NCBI GenBank assembly: GCA_036850965.1
Contig: JAZGQO010000009.1
Span: forward strand, 289,610 to 353,609
Source of the DNA: Patella caerulea
Taxonomy: Eukaryota
Direction: 5' to 3'
DNA length: 64,000 nucleotides
This document shows, piece by piece, positions 34,674 to 45,990 of the stretch. The translations under genes were made by a program, and so were the position numbers. The notes beneath the pieces were generated by a model, which was given only the letters and a program-made list of their open reading frames with translations, ran no database searches and was not told the origin of the DNA. Numbering within the stretch: position 1 is the stretch's first letter; the number at the start of each line of letters is the position of its first letter.

Positions 34674-35140
34674 CTGAAATAATTCAAGATAATGTGTTAT
34701 ACAGTCAGAAAACATTAAATATAAATATAATACACCAATCAGAACAATAAAGATGGGCATACCTGTACACCAATACACCATGCTTTGAGGGGAACACTGA
34801 CAAGGGGAAAACATGACAAAAATCCAAGGGAACTTTCATGACCTCCTGGTTATGAGCCAGCACCTTAATGTACCCAATCAATACCCAATCAAATTAAACA
34901 CATATACACTTATGAATATCAGCAAGAGTCTAGCAATGATTAATCCAATTTTTAGAATTCTTTTAAGCCAAAAAATATTTCAGTAATCATTAGTGTATGT
35001 GTTCTTATTAGATGAAATATGGTAGTGACAATCTATTGGTGGTTAGCTCAAATTTTCACCCAAAGACAAGATGTTATTTTCTTTAGTGTTAAATGTGCTG
35101 AAGTGCAAACATAGAAGAATTCTCAACATCATTTCAGAGT

Positions 35141-35425
35141 GAGAGAGGAGAGAGATGGGTTTAATGTGCATTCGACACAAACTAGGTCATTTCGGGACTA
35201 ACATAGGGTTTAATTTTATTTCAATAATTTGCTTGCACGTAGGGGTATTTAGCAGTGGGAGGAAACCGGAGTGCCCGGAGGGAACCCACAAGGTTGAGAA
35301 GGCGCCCCTATCTCCATGCCACATAGGCTCACACCAGGGATCGAAACCACAGGCGCAAGCCAGTGGTGACCGACCAGTTAGAGGTCGAAGCGCGGCACTC
35401 TAGACCTCTAAGCTATCCCCCCCCC
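35141..35425 (-). mobile_element. SINE family A full-length copy (reverse) in an MVP intron
   Basis: Reverse complement of gggatagcttagaggtctagagtgccgcgcttcgacc...aaaccctatgttagtcccgaaatgacctagtttgtgtcgaatgcacattaaacccatctctc. Confidence 0.85.
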
Positions 35426-35521
35426 CAAACATCATTTCAGAATTCCTACCTTGAACAAGCAACAAATATTAAAATGTGGATGTGGATAAAATTTCAAACT
35501 GTTGATGGTGATCAAACTTAC

Positions 35522-35613
35522 CTCCCCATTTTATCAATACAATCTTGAAGAGCACGTAAACGAACAACTTCATCAGTATGTATTATGATAGGTTTCACCA
35601 TCTCTAGTATTTC
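35522..35613 (-). CDS. MVP: MVP exon 5
   Basis: Acceptor is ttttgtag|GAAATACTAG and donor is ATGGGGAG|GTAAGTTTG. It encodes EILEMVKPIIIHTDEVVRLRALQDCIDKMG. Human has [30 protein letters not shown]. Confidence 0.85.
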
Positions 35614-36037
35614 CTACAAAAAGTAGAACAATATGTTTTTTTCATTTTGAAAGTCATTTGTAATACAAGAAAATCTCACACATTTCATAATTTGTGAATC
35701 TTGGTTGGCTCTATCGTCATTGTAAATGTTATGTGTCCACCTTTTATTGGCAGTATATCTACGTCAAGTCTGCTAATAAGAACTAAAGTACTTCAGCCTA
35801 CTCTTTTTTAAATTTACAAGGGATCTTTAACAGCCTACCAATGAAATACATGGTACCATGGATTTTGAGCACAGTCGATTGACAAGACACTTATTCTTGC
35901 CAGGCCTTTCATCTTGCACCTCTGACAAAAGGGATCCAGAAATGAAAATGCCAAGGGACAATCTCGGCTAATATACGACCATCTAGGTAATAAGCTGGCG
36001 CCATACTCACTGAGCCACAAATTTATAATAAAAGAGA

Positions 36038-36298
36038 AAGAAATGGGATTTAATGTCCGCTAGACAAAAACTAATCATTTCGGGAACTAAAGGGATTCAA
36101 TTTTATTTCAATAATTCGTTTGCGTCTATGTGTTTTTAGCAGTGGGAGGAAACTGGAGGACCCAGAAAAATTCCACAAGGTTGGACAGACGACCCTACTT
36201 TTTGTCACATACAAGCGGGGAATCAAAACCATGTCACTTGACTCAATGACAGACCTTATGTTCCAACATGCATGCTTTAACCTTTAGCCACCCATTCC
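36038..36298 (-). mobile_element. SINE family C copy (reverse) in an MVP intron
   Basis: ..gggatttaatgtccgctagacaaaaactaatcatttcgggaactaaagggattcaattttatttcaataattcg..ttagcagtgggaggaaact.. ..ttgtcacatacaagcggggaatcaaaacc.. Confidence 0.8.
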
Positions 36299-36335
36299 CT
36301 AGTTTGTAATAAATGACCACAGATTGTGTACTTAC

Positions 36336-36560
36336 AGCTTGTACTGTGGGAATGTAGGTTACTGGACCTTCTACATGCCACATATCACCAGCTCTACGAT
36401 ATACATCACCATCTTGATGATCAACTATAGCCGTTAACTTTAACGCATTATTGACAGGTACAACCGGCAAAGCTTTCACAGCTTTCATGTAGTCGCGAGA
36501 AGAGATGCCAAAATTTTCAGCTTCTTGAAGGGATTCTCCAGGATACAATGGAAATGGTTC
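36336..36560 (-). CDS. MVP: MVP exon 4
   Basis: Acceptor is aattacag|GAACCATTTCC, with an in-frame TAA 2 codons upstream. Donor is CAAGCT|GTAAGTACAC. It encodes [75 protein letters not shown]. Human has [65 protein letters not shown]. Confidence 0.9.
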
Positions 36561-37079
36561 CTGTAATTATAAATGAATAATTATTGGAAATTTATTATTT
36601 TCATCAAATCTACCTGAAAAGTAAACCTTTGCTACATATTTTGCCTTATTTTTCAATTACATTCTTCAAGGGATAAGGATACATAATATTAATATGCAAA
36701 CAAGCCAGGAAAGCTCATGTCACAGATTATGTCCAGCAGATAATGTCTGGTATCTGCCCGTACAGAACCAAACCTGATACATGTACTATGTCAATGGGCA
36801 CTATGTCAAACTGGGTACCATAACATTCAACCGTAAAAAGGTCTGCATTTGGAAAAAAAAGGACCAAATGCATGGTAAATCTAACTGGTAAAGGTATATG
36901 GGAGACAACTCCAATATGGCTAGCCAGAAAAGACTGTGCGGATATACTACTCAATTCTAAGTTAATTTGCCCATAAAAGACATATAAAAGCGAAGGTTTT
37001 GCCCAAATGAAACCTGTTTCATTTTCAAAATGAGACATGACTATAAAACATAAATTGAATGTCCGACATACACTGCTGT

Positions 37080-37440
37080 CAATTTGATTGTTTACTGTCA
37101 ACTTCATTGTTTATAGAACTGTCAACTTCACTGTTTACAATCAACTTGATTGTTTACTGTACTGACTGGTAACAACATTGTTCATTATCGACTTGAGTGT
37201 TTACTGTACTGACTGTCACCTTGAGCGTTTACTGACACTGTACTGACTGTCAACTTGGTTGTTTACTGTACTGAATGTCAACTTGGTTGTTTAATTTTCT
37301 GTCAACTTCATTGTTTACACTACTGTCAGCTTGATTGTTTACGTTATTGTCAACGTCTTTGCTTACTGTACTATTGTCAACTACATTGTTTATAAACAGT
37401 TTGATTGTTTACTGTATTAAGTATCACTGTCAACTTACCC
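37080..37440. repeat. Minisatellite (roughly 30-bp unit: ctgtcaacttgattgtttactgtactga) in MVP intron 3
   Basis: Direct reading. Confidence 0.8.
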
Positions 37441-37502
37441 CATTTAATTTAACTTTTGATTCTCCTAACTTTAGTTCACAATATTCGCCAGCTTTATATT
37501 TA
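37439..37502 (-). CDS. MVP: MVP exon 3
   Basis: Acceptor is tgttttcag|TAAATATAAAGC and donor is AAATGGG|GTAAGTTGAC. It encodes (S)KYKAGEYCELKLGESKVKLNG. It aligns to human FDVTGQVRLRHADLEIRLAQ by hydrophobic/charge pattern only. The phase links exons 2 and 4 exactly. Confidence 0.6.
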
Positions 37503-37805
37503 CTGAAAACACAATTCTCAATTTATTATCTATGTTTAATAAAGAATGGCAATACTTTTTGTTGACCCTTTATTTTATGAAATCACAGCTCCCTCTAGTG
37601 CCTCAGTCATGTGAACCTATATACTAATACTGTGATTCAGGTGATTTGAGATGGTAATTAAAGGGAGCAGTTGTTCCTGGCAGTTTCGAAAAGGAACTAT
37701 GATACTCAATTTTTTTCAAGGAACAGGGGTAATCAATATTTACAAAGTGCTAAAGAGACTTAAAGAGTTAAAATAAGCATTGTTTCCTTAAATTAAATGT
37801 GGTTC

Positions 37806-37990
37806 AGAAATACAGGGGCGGATCCAGGAATTTTTGCAGGAGGGGGTTTGCCAGGTTTCAGTTACAGAAATCTGCCATCATCGTCTCTAAATTACATAGG
37901 CATACATACAAATTGAGCTTTTTAAACAGAGAAATCATTTTAATACTGATGTAAGATCACTTTGTGATGTAATTTCTGGATCTCCCCTAG
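37806..37990 (+). mobile_element. Complete small MITE of the CAGGGGCGGATCCAGG-TIR family (roughly 185 bp)
   Basis: 5' end is caggggcggatccaggaatttttgcaggagggggtttgccaggtttcagttacagaaatctgcc. 3' end is ..taatttctggatctcccctag. Confidence 0.7.
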
Positions 37991-38435
37991 ACACCCACAA
38001 CCACACATGCAAATCAATATTATTAAGACTTATGAAAAATAAAAATAACCATAATATGTTATTTTACAAAGCGACTAAAACATTCTTTGCCTTTACAATA
38101 ATCGATTTATTCTCAATATTAATAAATCATGAAGGCTTAGCCTACATCTAAAAGTCTAATGGTTCATATAGTTGTCATCAAAAGTCTGATGAAAAAGGCA
38201 AATTTCTTAATAATTTATGTATGCTTACATTTAAAAGTATTTAATAGTTGCCATAGTCATGAAAACTTTGATAATGGAAAATATTCATATAAGAAAATAT
38301 TACCAAGAGTATTAATCATTGTCATCTATAATGGATTAAACAACAATGGGATTTATATAACGATGGGATTAATGGAATACACTGTATATTCATATATAGA
38401 AGAGACATATTTTATTGTCTACTTGTTAACCTTAC

Positions 38436-38569
38436 CTCATAGGATTCTTTATGATACAGTAATGACCGGGTGGTATTTTTACCATTGGACATGGTTCATT
38501 TAATAACTTCTCGTTGTTCTGGAGAACAAAATTCTGTGGCCCAATTTCAAGTCTTGTAATGTTGGTATT
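38436..38569 (-). CDS. MVP: MVP exon 2
   Basis: Acceptor is tttttag|AATACCAACATT and donor is CCTATGAG|GTAAGGTTAAC. It encodes NTNITRLEIGPQNFVLQNNEKLLNEPCPMVKIPPGHYCIIKNPM. Human has [44 protein letters not shown]. Confidence 0.9.
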
Positions 38570-38934
38570 CTAAAAATATATACAAATATTGAATGGATTA
38601 AACTTTAAGCCTCTGAGACAAATTGTTGTTATATTGATTTTGAATCCCTTGTGAACTGCAATATTGAAAAATTTGAATTCCTAAACTAGTTCAATTCGGT
38701 TCTGTATAAATAACAATGATGATGAAGGTAAAAATTGTCAACATTTGGAATTCACGACAGACGACATGCAGGATATGCTCAACACACGCTAACGTCATCT
38801 ACATGTATGATTTTTGCTGACATCTTTTTATAGCTCTCTTTTAAATCTGATTGAATCGCAAGCAGGGTCATGGTTTCTTACTGCTGATAGATTTTGTTTT
38901 CTTAAATAGACACTATACAAGAGCTTAATCTTTC

Positions 38935-39250
38935 TTTAGGCCCGAAAAGTTATATAAATTATCATTTGGACATTAATTAACTGGCTGCGATATTAAGTAG
39001 ATCTACATATTTTTTTTGTTAAATAACTTGCTGCGATATTAAATAGATCTTAATACATTTTTTGGTTGATGGATAATCAAGACTTTGTTTATTATTGTAA
39101 CATCATTAGTGACAATCGAGGCTAGACTATAGCTTCGCTCAGGGTAAAGTAATTTGACTGAATTTTTAATTCTCTTTTCATTACCGGTTATCTATTTTTC
39201 AATGGTTATAGTGAGAACTGTCAACTCTTTATCTAATTCTACTTAATAAT
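38935..39250 (-). mobile_element. Repeat family D copy in MVP intron 1
   Basis: ..gacaatcgaggctagactatagcttcgctcagggtaaagtaatttgactgaattttt..ggttatagtgagaactgtcaactctttatcta. Confidence 0.65.
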
Positions 39251-39934
39251 AATAACAATAGTCTATTTATATTGCGCAATATCCATGCATGAACATGCTC
39301 AAAGCACAGTTCAAAAATTATCACAACTGTCATAAATTCAATGTTTTTCTTAAACAAAAATGCTCAATTCTGTTTTAATGTTAAATTATCAATTAAAGTA
39401 CATTTTAGTGTGAATTAAATTGTGGAGTCTTAAAATTTTTCCCAAAAATTCAAATGATGCACAGTGAAGTCATAAAAAAAAAATAATCGCTCTTTTTATC
39501 TTTTAAGATGAATAATTTTATGAAAATCAATTTCACAACAAAATATTCCAATAAATAAAAAGATTTTTGCTTTTCTAACATCCACATAAATTGGTGAAAG
39601 ACAAAGTAAATGTCAACAACTCAATGAACAAGTCATGGACAAAACCAATCTTTATAGTAGGTGAGTAAAATATTGATTAAGCAATTCGGAATACGCAGGG
39701 TGGGTGACATCTGGATTATATGTCTTAATAATTAATTGAGTCTGTCACACGTACATGTATTTTGAGTCAGATTTTTAGAAAGTGAATGACCCTTTGGAAA
39801 ACTACACAATGACCTTTCTGATTAAGACTTGATTCAGTTTTTCGTGGATCAACTCTTCTTTCAAATTATTGATTTGAAACTGGTTTGATAAGTAGGTATA
39901 TGCCTTCATGTGAAAAGGGGAAGTGGATGGTCAA

Positions 39935-39944
<10 letters not shown>

Positions 39945-39974
<30 letters not shown>

Positions 39975-40252
39975 GGTTTAACTTCCACTCGACACAAACT
40001 AGGTTATTTTGGGACTAACATATGGTTTCATTTTATTTCAATAATTCGTTTGCGCGTAGGGGTCTTTAGCAGTAAGAGGAAACCGGAGTACCCAGAGGAA
40101 ACCCACAAGGTTGAGAAGGCGCCCCTATCTCCATGCCACATAAGCTCAGACCAGGGCTCGAAACCACAGCTACAAGCCAGAGGTGACCGGCCAGCTAGAG
40201 GTCGAAGTGTGGCACCCTAGACCACTGGCACACTAGGCCATCCCAACCCCCC
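39945..40252 (-). mobile_element. SINE family A full-length copy (reverse), with an (AG)n microsatellite at its tail
   Basis: (ag)15 then ggggtttaacttccactcgacacaaactaggttattttgggactaacatatgg... ..ctagaccactggcacactaggccatcccaacccccc. Confidence 0.85.
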
Positions 40253-40530
40253 GGATGGTCAAATAGTCAACATGTGCGCTGTATCATAAGGTCTGTCTCA
40301 TTGAGTCAACGGCATGATTTCAATTTCCCAGTTGTACATGACAAGGAGTACGTTTGCCTGTCCAACCTCGTGGGTTTTCTCCCACTCCTCCAGTTTCCTA
40401 ACGCGGCTAAAGACGCCTATGCAGAAGCGAATTATTGAAATAAAATTGATCATATATTAGTCCCAAAATGACCTGGTTTGTGTCGAGTGGGGTTATAAGC
40501 CCTATTTCTCTCTCCCTTTCTCCCTTTAGG
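40253..40530 (+). mobile_element. SINE family C full-length copy, head-to-head with the preceding family A copy
   Basis: ggatggtcaaatagtcaacatgtgcgctgtatcataaggtctgtctcattgagtcaa...gcgaattattgaaataaaattgatcatatattagtcccaaaatgacctggtttgtgtcgagtggggttataagccctatttctctctcc. Confidence 0.8.
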
Positions 40531-41037
40531 ACGACTGCCGTAAACATAGATTCCTTGTCCGTTAAATCCATGTTATATAACAGTTTCTCCAAGGGAATAA
40601 AATGACATAAGAAGACATGTCACACGCATAAGATGTTATATCTCTCAAATTTGAAAAAATTTCCAAAGCAACACAACAAGCTCTCATGAAATTGGAAAAA
40701 GGAAAAGCACTCTCCTGTAAAAGCTGCCCTGATATGCAATCCTGGAAATAAGACACCGTTTACTAACAATATAAGAGACAAATTCAGCCTTTGTCAGGCT
40801 GCAGACACCATACACATTTCTTTGGTATTATCCATTAGTAAAAAATGAATGCAACTGAACCATTTTTGGTCTGATAATCCTATTTGAATTTCATATATTC
40901 CAATATTGTAGTTTGGAAGAAATAAGTCTAAGTCTAATCAAAAGAGTTTCATTGTGTACAGAATGTTTAAATAAAACCTATAGCCTACATAAATTACTGA
41001 TGAGGCCTACATTATAAGTGTACCTGTAATTTTTGGT

Positions 41038-41150
41038 GGGGGGATGGCCTAGTGGTCTAGAGTGCCGCGCTTCGACCTCTTGCTGGCCGGTCACCTCTGG
41101 CTTACGACTGTGGTTTCGATCCGGGGTGTGAGCGTATGTGGCTTGTAATG
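41038..41150 (+). mobile_element. SINE family A 5' fragment (head only)
   Basis: ggggatggcctagtggtctagagtgccgcgcttcgacctcttgctggccggtcacctctggcttacgactgtggtttcgatccggggtgtgagcgtatgtggc. Confidence 0.7.
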
Positions 41151-41342
41151 CCATTTCATTAAGTTTTAATAATTTTCTCTCAAACTCACTACATTAGGTG
41201 TTAATTGCACAAGGCTTTTGGCAGCAAAGTGGCACATTCTGTTGCTGTGTGTTTTATGACGGTGCCATAATTCTAGACACTTTATATCATAAACAATAAC
41301 GTTCTTTATATCAAATATAATATTGTCATTTTTAATTTTAAA

Positions 41343-42190
41343 AAATGGGGATCACGTGGCTATAAGGATGCTGGCTCGGGTAAAATTGGTTGTTCATCCA
41401 GATTTTCCGCTGTCAGTGATGCAGGATGGAGGGCCTCACAAGGACAGCTGTCTAGTCAAAAAACCGAGGTCTCATGTACACTTTGGCATGCACGTAAAAG
41501 ATCCCTTGGCAGTTGGAATTTGAGTACCGGTAAGCCTAGCCCGTGGAGCTGTAGTTCAGCCCTGAACGTCGGTCTCATTACACTCACCCTGACTGTTCAG
41601 GGACTGGCCTATTCAATCAATGTTGAAAATAATTTGAACCCCAGTCAATTTTACTGGGCAACTTTTCACTGCGAAACATCGGAGTGTCAATCCGTGTTGA
41701 CGTCTGTACAATGTAAAGGAACATCTTAGTGACAAAATAAGACCTTGCTTACCTCGCTAGACTCAGTATGAGCGAAACAACACGCTGTTTAAAATACGTC
41801 CCCTCCTATCAAACTTCCCCTTTCGCCACCATGACACAGCGTGTTGTGATGCTCATACTGACTCTAGCGAAATGAGCAAGGTCTTATTTTCTCACGGAGA
41901 TGTTCCTTTATACTGTACACGCGCCCACACAGAGTGACACCCATCGTTTAGCAGTGAAAAGTTGCCCAGTAAAATTGGGGGTCAAATTATTTTCGACATT
42001 GATTGAATTGGCCAGTCCCTGAACGTTCTGGGTGAGTGTAATGAGACCGACGTTCAGAGCTGAACTAGTGGAGCTGCTGCCCGAGCAAAATTTCCCTCAT
42101 TGAACTGATGGTGTATGCCGTCTTCATTTGCCCAGTTCAGGAGCAGAACAATAATTCATTAAACCCCATTTCATTTCATTTTTTTAACTT
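41343..42190 (+). mobile_element. SINE family B copy split by a nested roughly 530-bp palindromic/foldback element (41531-42062)
   Basis: The family B head/body runs 41343-41530 (gggatcacgtggctataaggatgctggctcgg...aaagatcccttggcagttggaatttgagtaccggtaag). The tail runs 42063-42190 (..gtggagctgctgcccgagcaaaatttccctcat...cattaaaccccatttcatttcattt). The insert is a near-perfect palindrome centred at about 41800. Confidence 0.8.
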
Positions 42191-42319
42191 AAAATAGGCC
42201 CCTAAAATGTGAGACTAATAAAGAGAACAAAACAATATTATGGTGCGACGCAAATTTCCACTGGATAATTCTGTCTAAATTCGTACTACTTCATTCGAGG
42301 TGTATTAGAAACTACTTAC

Positions 42320-42373
42320 GAGGTTTAAAATATGAATAAATGTATATGGTGGAATTCCAACAACATTACTCAT
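42320..42373 (-). CDS. MVP: MVP exon 1 (start codon at 42373-42371 on minus)
   Basis: ATG followed by a GTAAGTAG donor. It encodes MSNVVGIPPYTFIHILNL. Human has ..IRIPPYHYIHVLDQ. It joins exon 2 across a 3.7-kb intron full of SINEs. Across all 26 exons the phases are consistent and the total is 2535 nt, giving 844 aa. Confidence 0.75.
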
Positions 42374-45254
42374 TTTGAGGTCCTGCTTGTCAACAGCCAC
42401 TAACGCCTTCCTTACTCAAATAACTTTTAACGACGCCAAGTAAACTTCCAAAGCAATCGAACGTAAACAAATGGGTTGCGTCCAAGTTATGAAAACGACA
42501 CTTTTAGCAAAACGAATAAGATGTTAAATTCCACTGAATGGGGTTCAAAAATAGCGCATTACGAAAATCTAACTTTTGCAATCCACATACGATATGTTTT
42601 TTCACCTCATTAATTTACATTCAATGTAAGTTTGCATATATTAGCACACTTTACCCAAAACCACTCATAGTCCCAAAGCCACAAAAAGAGAATTAGGGGC
42701 CTATTATAATATATCGCGTGTCAAAATGCGCCTCAAAATTTATTTCGGTTTTTTTTTTTCATTTATATATGTGCTATTTATTTTATTGACAGGCAATGTA
42801 AAGTAAAAAGGTCATTCCATGACCTTATTGTTCGTCATCAAGCTTCAAATTGGTATGGTTGAGTGCATTCTGGTATAATATGACGTCAAGAAATCATTGA
42901 ATGCATATAAAGCCTCAGGTGTGTTAACCAGTGGACTGTGATACATACATGTATTATAGGCCCTATATATTTTCAAATAGATTCAATATAAAAAAATATC
43001 CCCGCTTTAATTATGCACTATAATCCATCTAGACTTATACAGTGCCACACTGGGCCCACCTAATATATGCCTATAAAGAAAAAGGTGAAAGAAAAAAGAA
43101 AATAAAAAGGAGAGGGGGGGAGAAAAGAACGAACGGAGGAGGGGCGAGGACGGAACAGGAGAAAGAAAAGATGAGAAGCTCTGCTTTGGTTCGAAATGCT
43201 TGGAAAATGGGTTTGCGATTGTCAATTTTCAAGATTTTCCAGGAGGGAGAACCTTACGCCCCCGCCCCCTCCTCTGGCGCTCGAGCGACTTTGACATGCT
43301 CGTTTGGGCCTTGGTCATTGACCTGACAGGTGGGCCAAAGGCCCACCAGTCCGGCACTGGGCTTATATAAAGAATGGAGTAGGCTATCTCCGAATTATGG
43401 CCGAAGTATTTGCTTGCCCGAATATTTGAATACAAAGACCAACTAATTTGTGGAGTCAAACTGTACGCGTAGTTGTTCTTCATAAAATAAAACTTTATGT
43501 TTAACGATTTTTATATTTAACTATTTTAAACCTTGGTTTGGCGTCCCTCTCGAATGACAGACTACATTCGTGCTGCGGGGGCGGGGGGGGGGTGCTATGG
43601 AACGAATCTTATGTTTGAAGTGCCCCATTTTCCTGAGAAAAAACACACAGAATACCCCCCCCCCTCTGGATCCGCCCCTGAGCTTTTGATAAAGAAGCCT
43701 TGGTTGAAGAATATCCTTAAAAACTTTATCTGCGTCGGAGGTGCAAGACGCGCGGGGGGGGGGGGCTTATCAAGAAAACATTTATGTCTAATCGTTTTGA
43801 TTGTTCTAAACACGAAACCCCGTGAACATGTTGGCGCGCACGTAAAAGACCCCTTGACTGTTTGAATTGACATGTGCAGCCCGGTAAGTTTTCCGCCACA
43901 GCACATATATGTAGCTTGGTTGGTGCCAACTAGTTGGACGTTATACATTACTCCCATTTCATTGCAAATGACCAGGCGTAATGTCGTCATAATGGCTTTG
44001 ACAGATGCATTCTTTTAACATACACATACAGACGATGTTGCGTTATTCAGGGGGTGGTTATCATAAACAGGAAGCCTTGCCTGTAGCTAACATTAACTAT
44101 TTCTATATTCAGTGATTTGTCTGACCGTAATATAAATCAAAACAGTTTGTCTCTCGAGAGAGTAGCTTTTGAATAAATCATGAAACGTTGTCAAAATAAT
44201 GATCAGATACGAGACCGTTGACATCTTAGAAGAGAGTTTTAATCATACTATATAAACTCTCTGTGGGATATTAACCATAGACTTTACTAAAAACAGTGGT
44301 AAATGTTTATGAATTGCTTGTCTTGTAATGTGAATGAAAAGGGGATCTAAAACAGCTTAATCTATTTTGAATGTTTTTTATTATGCCCAAAGACACTTAT
44401 ATCTAAACTAGTTTTTAAAAAGCCGGTGTTTTATCTTATCTTTGTAAACTGATTTATTTCTTTAACTCTGCGTCCTGGCTTAATGACCGTAAGTCTTTAT
44501 AAATCAGCATTTATGCAGCATACCTTTCGATTTATGCGGTTCTCTATTTTATAGCAAGTTCTCGGAAAGGTTTATATTTTGCAATATGATCTAAAAAGCT
44601 CTTAAGACCTTAAAATTAGAAAGTAAATATATATGATTTATTTAAAGTATGCGCCCTGAGCTCTGGCTTAAAGCTACATTATTTGAGATTCAGATAAAGA
44701 ACTGCCAGTTTGAATAAACTAGTTAATGCAAAATGAATATATATGTATGTTGTAAATGTCATTCAAATTACTTTGTAATTCTAAGGGACGTTATTGATGT
44801 GTACATTGATTATTATCGTAACCATGGTGCTGGTTATCCAAGAAATAGTCTCGTTTATCCATTTAAAATTAAATCAGTAAATGACCAAACCACATCTACT
44901 TAAAATCCGACGGCATCGGGAGTTGATTATGGTCCTTTCATAATAAATGTCTAATTAATATTTCATATAATTCTTAAGGCCTAAATAAAGACCTTAATAG
45001 GAAGATATAGCTCTTGAATAATGCCCTTAATAATTATGGCCTCCCCATTACTCAGATTTATATTTTTACTCAAAATTAATTGTGCTTGTTACAATATTTA
45101 TTTCAGCGTATTTACTTTTTCTCCTCGTTATGCAATTATCGAAATTATAATTTAAAAAAAGAAAGCAAAAGACTGTACATAAAGTCTGCTAAAAGTGGCT
45201 TTACCCGCGATCGCTGAGACTTCCATGTTCGTTAAGCAACGTCCGTAAGTTTTA

Positions 45255-45990
45255 CAACATCACTCAGCAATTCCCGAACTTTTGCGTCCGTGGTTTTTAC
45301 TTACACGTGACTAATTAGCATTGTCCAATCAGGGGTCGTGGCACATAACACACTGTAAACAAACGGGTTTTACAGCAACCTGTTTTACAGAGAATTACTT
45401 ACGAATTATCTCTGTAACGGATGCTTGTCCAAAACACGTGCATTGACTTCACGCCTCGTAGTCATTGGCTCAACGGCTCGTGCAATGTTTACTAAACACC
45501 TAACTGCTTCGGGCAAAATGATGCATTTTACTCATTTTAATACCCATTTACACTAAATAGGAAATATTTTTAAACTTCAAATACTTCAAACGTCTTTATT
45601 TATTTTTCTTTTACCTCAAAATTTAATTTGTCGAAGTAAATAAGTTAATATGCCGTACTCATTAAGCCTCGTCGATGTCATGCTTATCAGTGATTGTAGC
45701 GGCCAAGCGAATATTCACTGCGGGGTCAGTTTGGTTTAACAGCGGTAGAAAGTTTGTTTTGTTTTTTGTTTTTTTAAATTGGAAAACCAGTAACCTTGAC
45801 ATTGATCGATCTTTGAACTTTGCAACTCGATTGTCACATGTAGGCATTTTAGCTAAAGAGACTTGGTATTCACGGCGACCAATGAATCTTATAGGCTCAC
45901 AAGCTGGGCTTGTTACCCAATCGTACTTAGTGGCGAAATATGCCGGGTATTACGTGAAAGATGTACGTAGTTAAGGCGAGATCAAGCCTT
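45255..45990 (+). repeat. Repeat family E copy with a roughly 430-bp internal insertion (45350-45780)
   Basis: See 15175-15545. The ORF 45675-45974 is read from repeat sequence. Confidence 0.65.

Noticed and set aside
36727-37107. 126-aa ORF on the minus strand between MVP exons 3 and 4
   Set aside because: There is no similarity to MVP or any protein I recognise. It overlaps the 30-bp minisatellite region. MVP exon phases are satisfied without it. It is most likely a chance intronic ORF.
45675-45974. 99-aa ORF at 45675-45974 and its relative at 15218-15412, which share ..NLDIDRS.N.ATRLSHVGILAK..
   Set aside because: The shared peptide is a consequence of both ORFs lying in copies of dispersed repeat family E. 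It is not a conserved gene.
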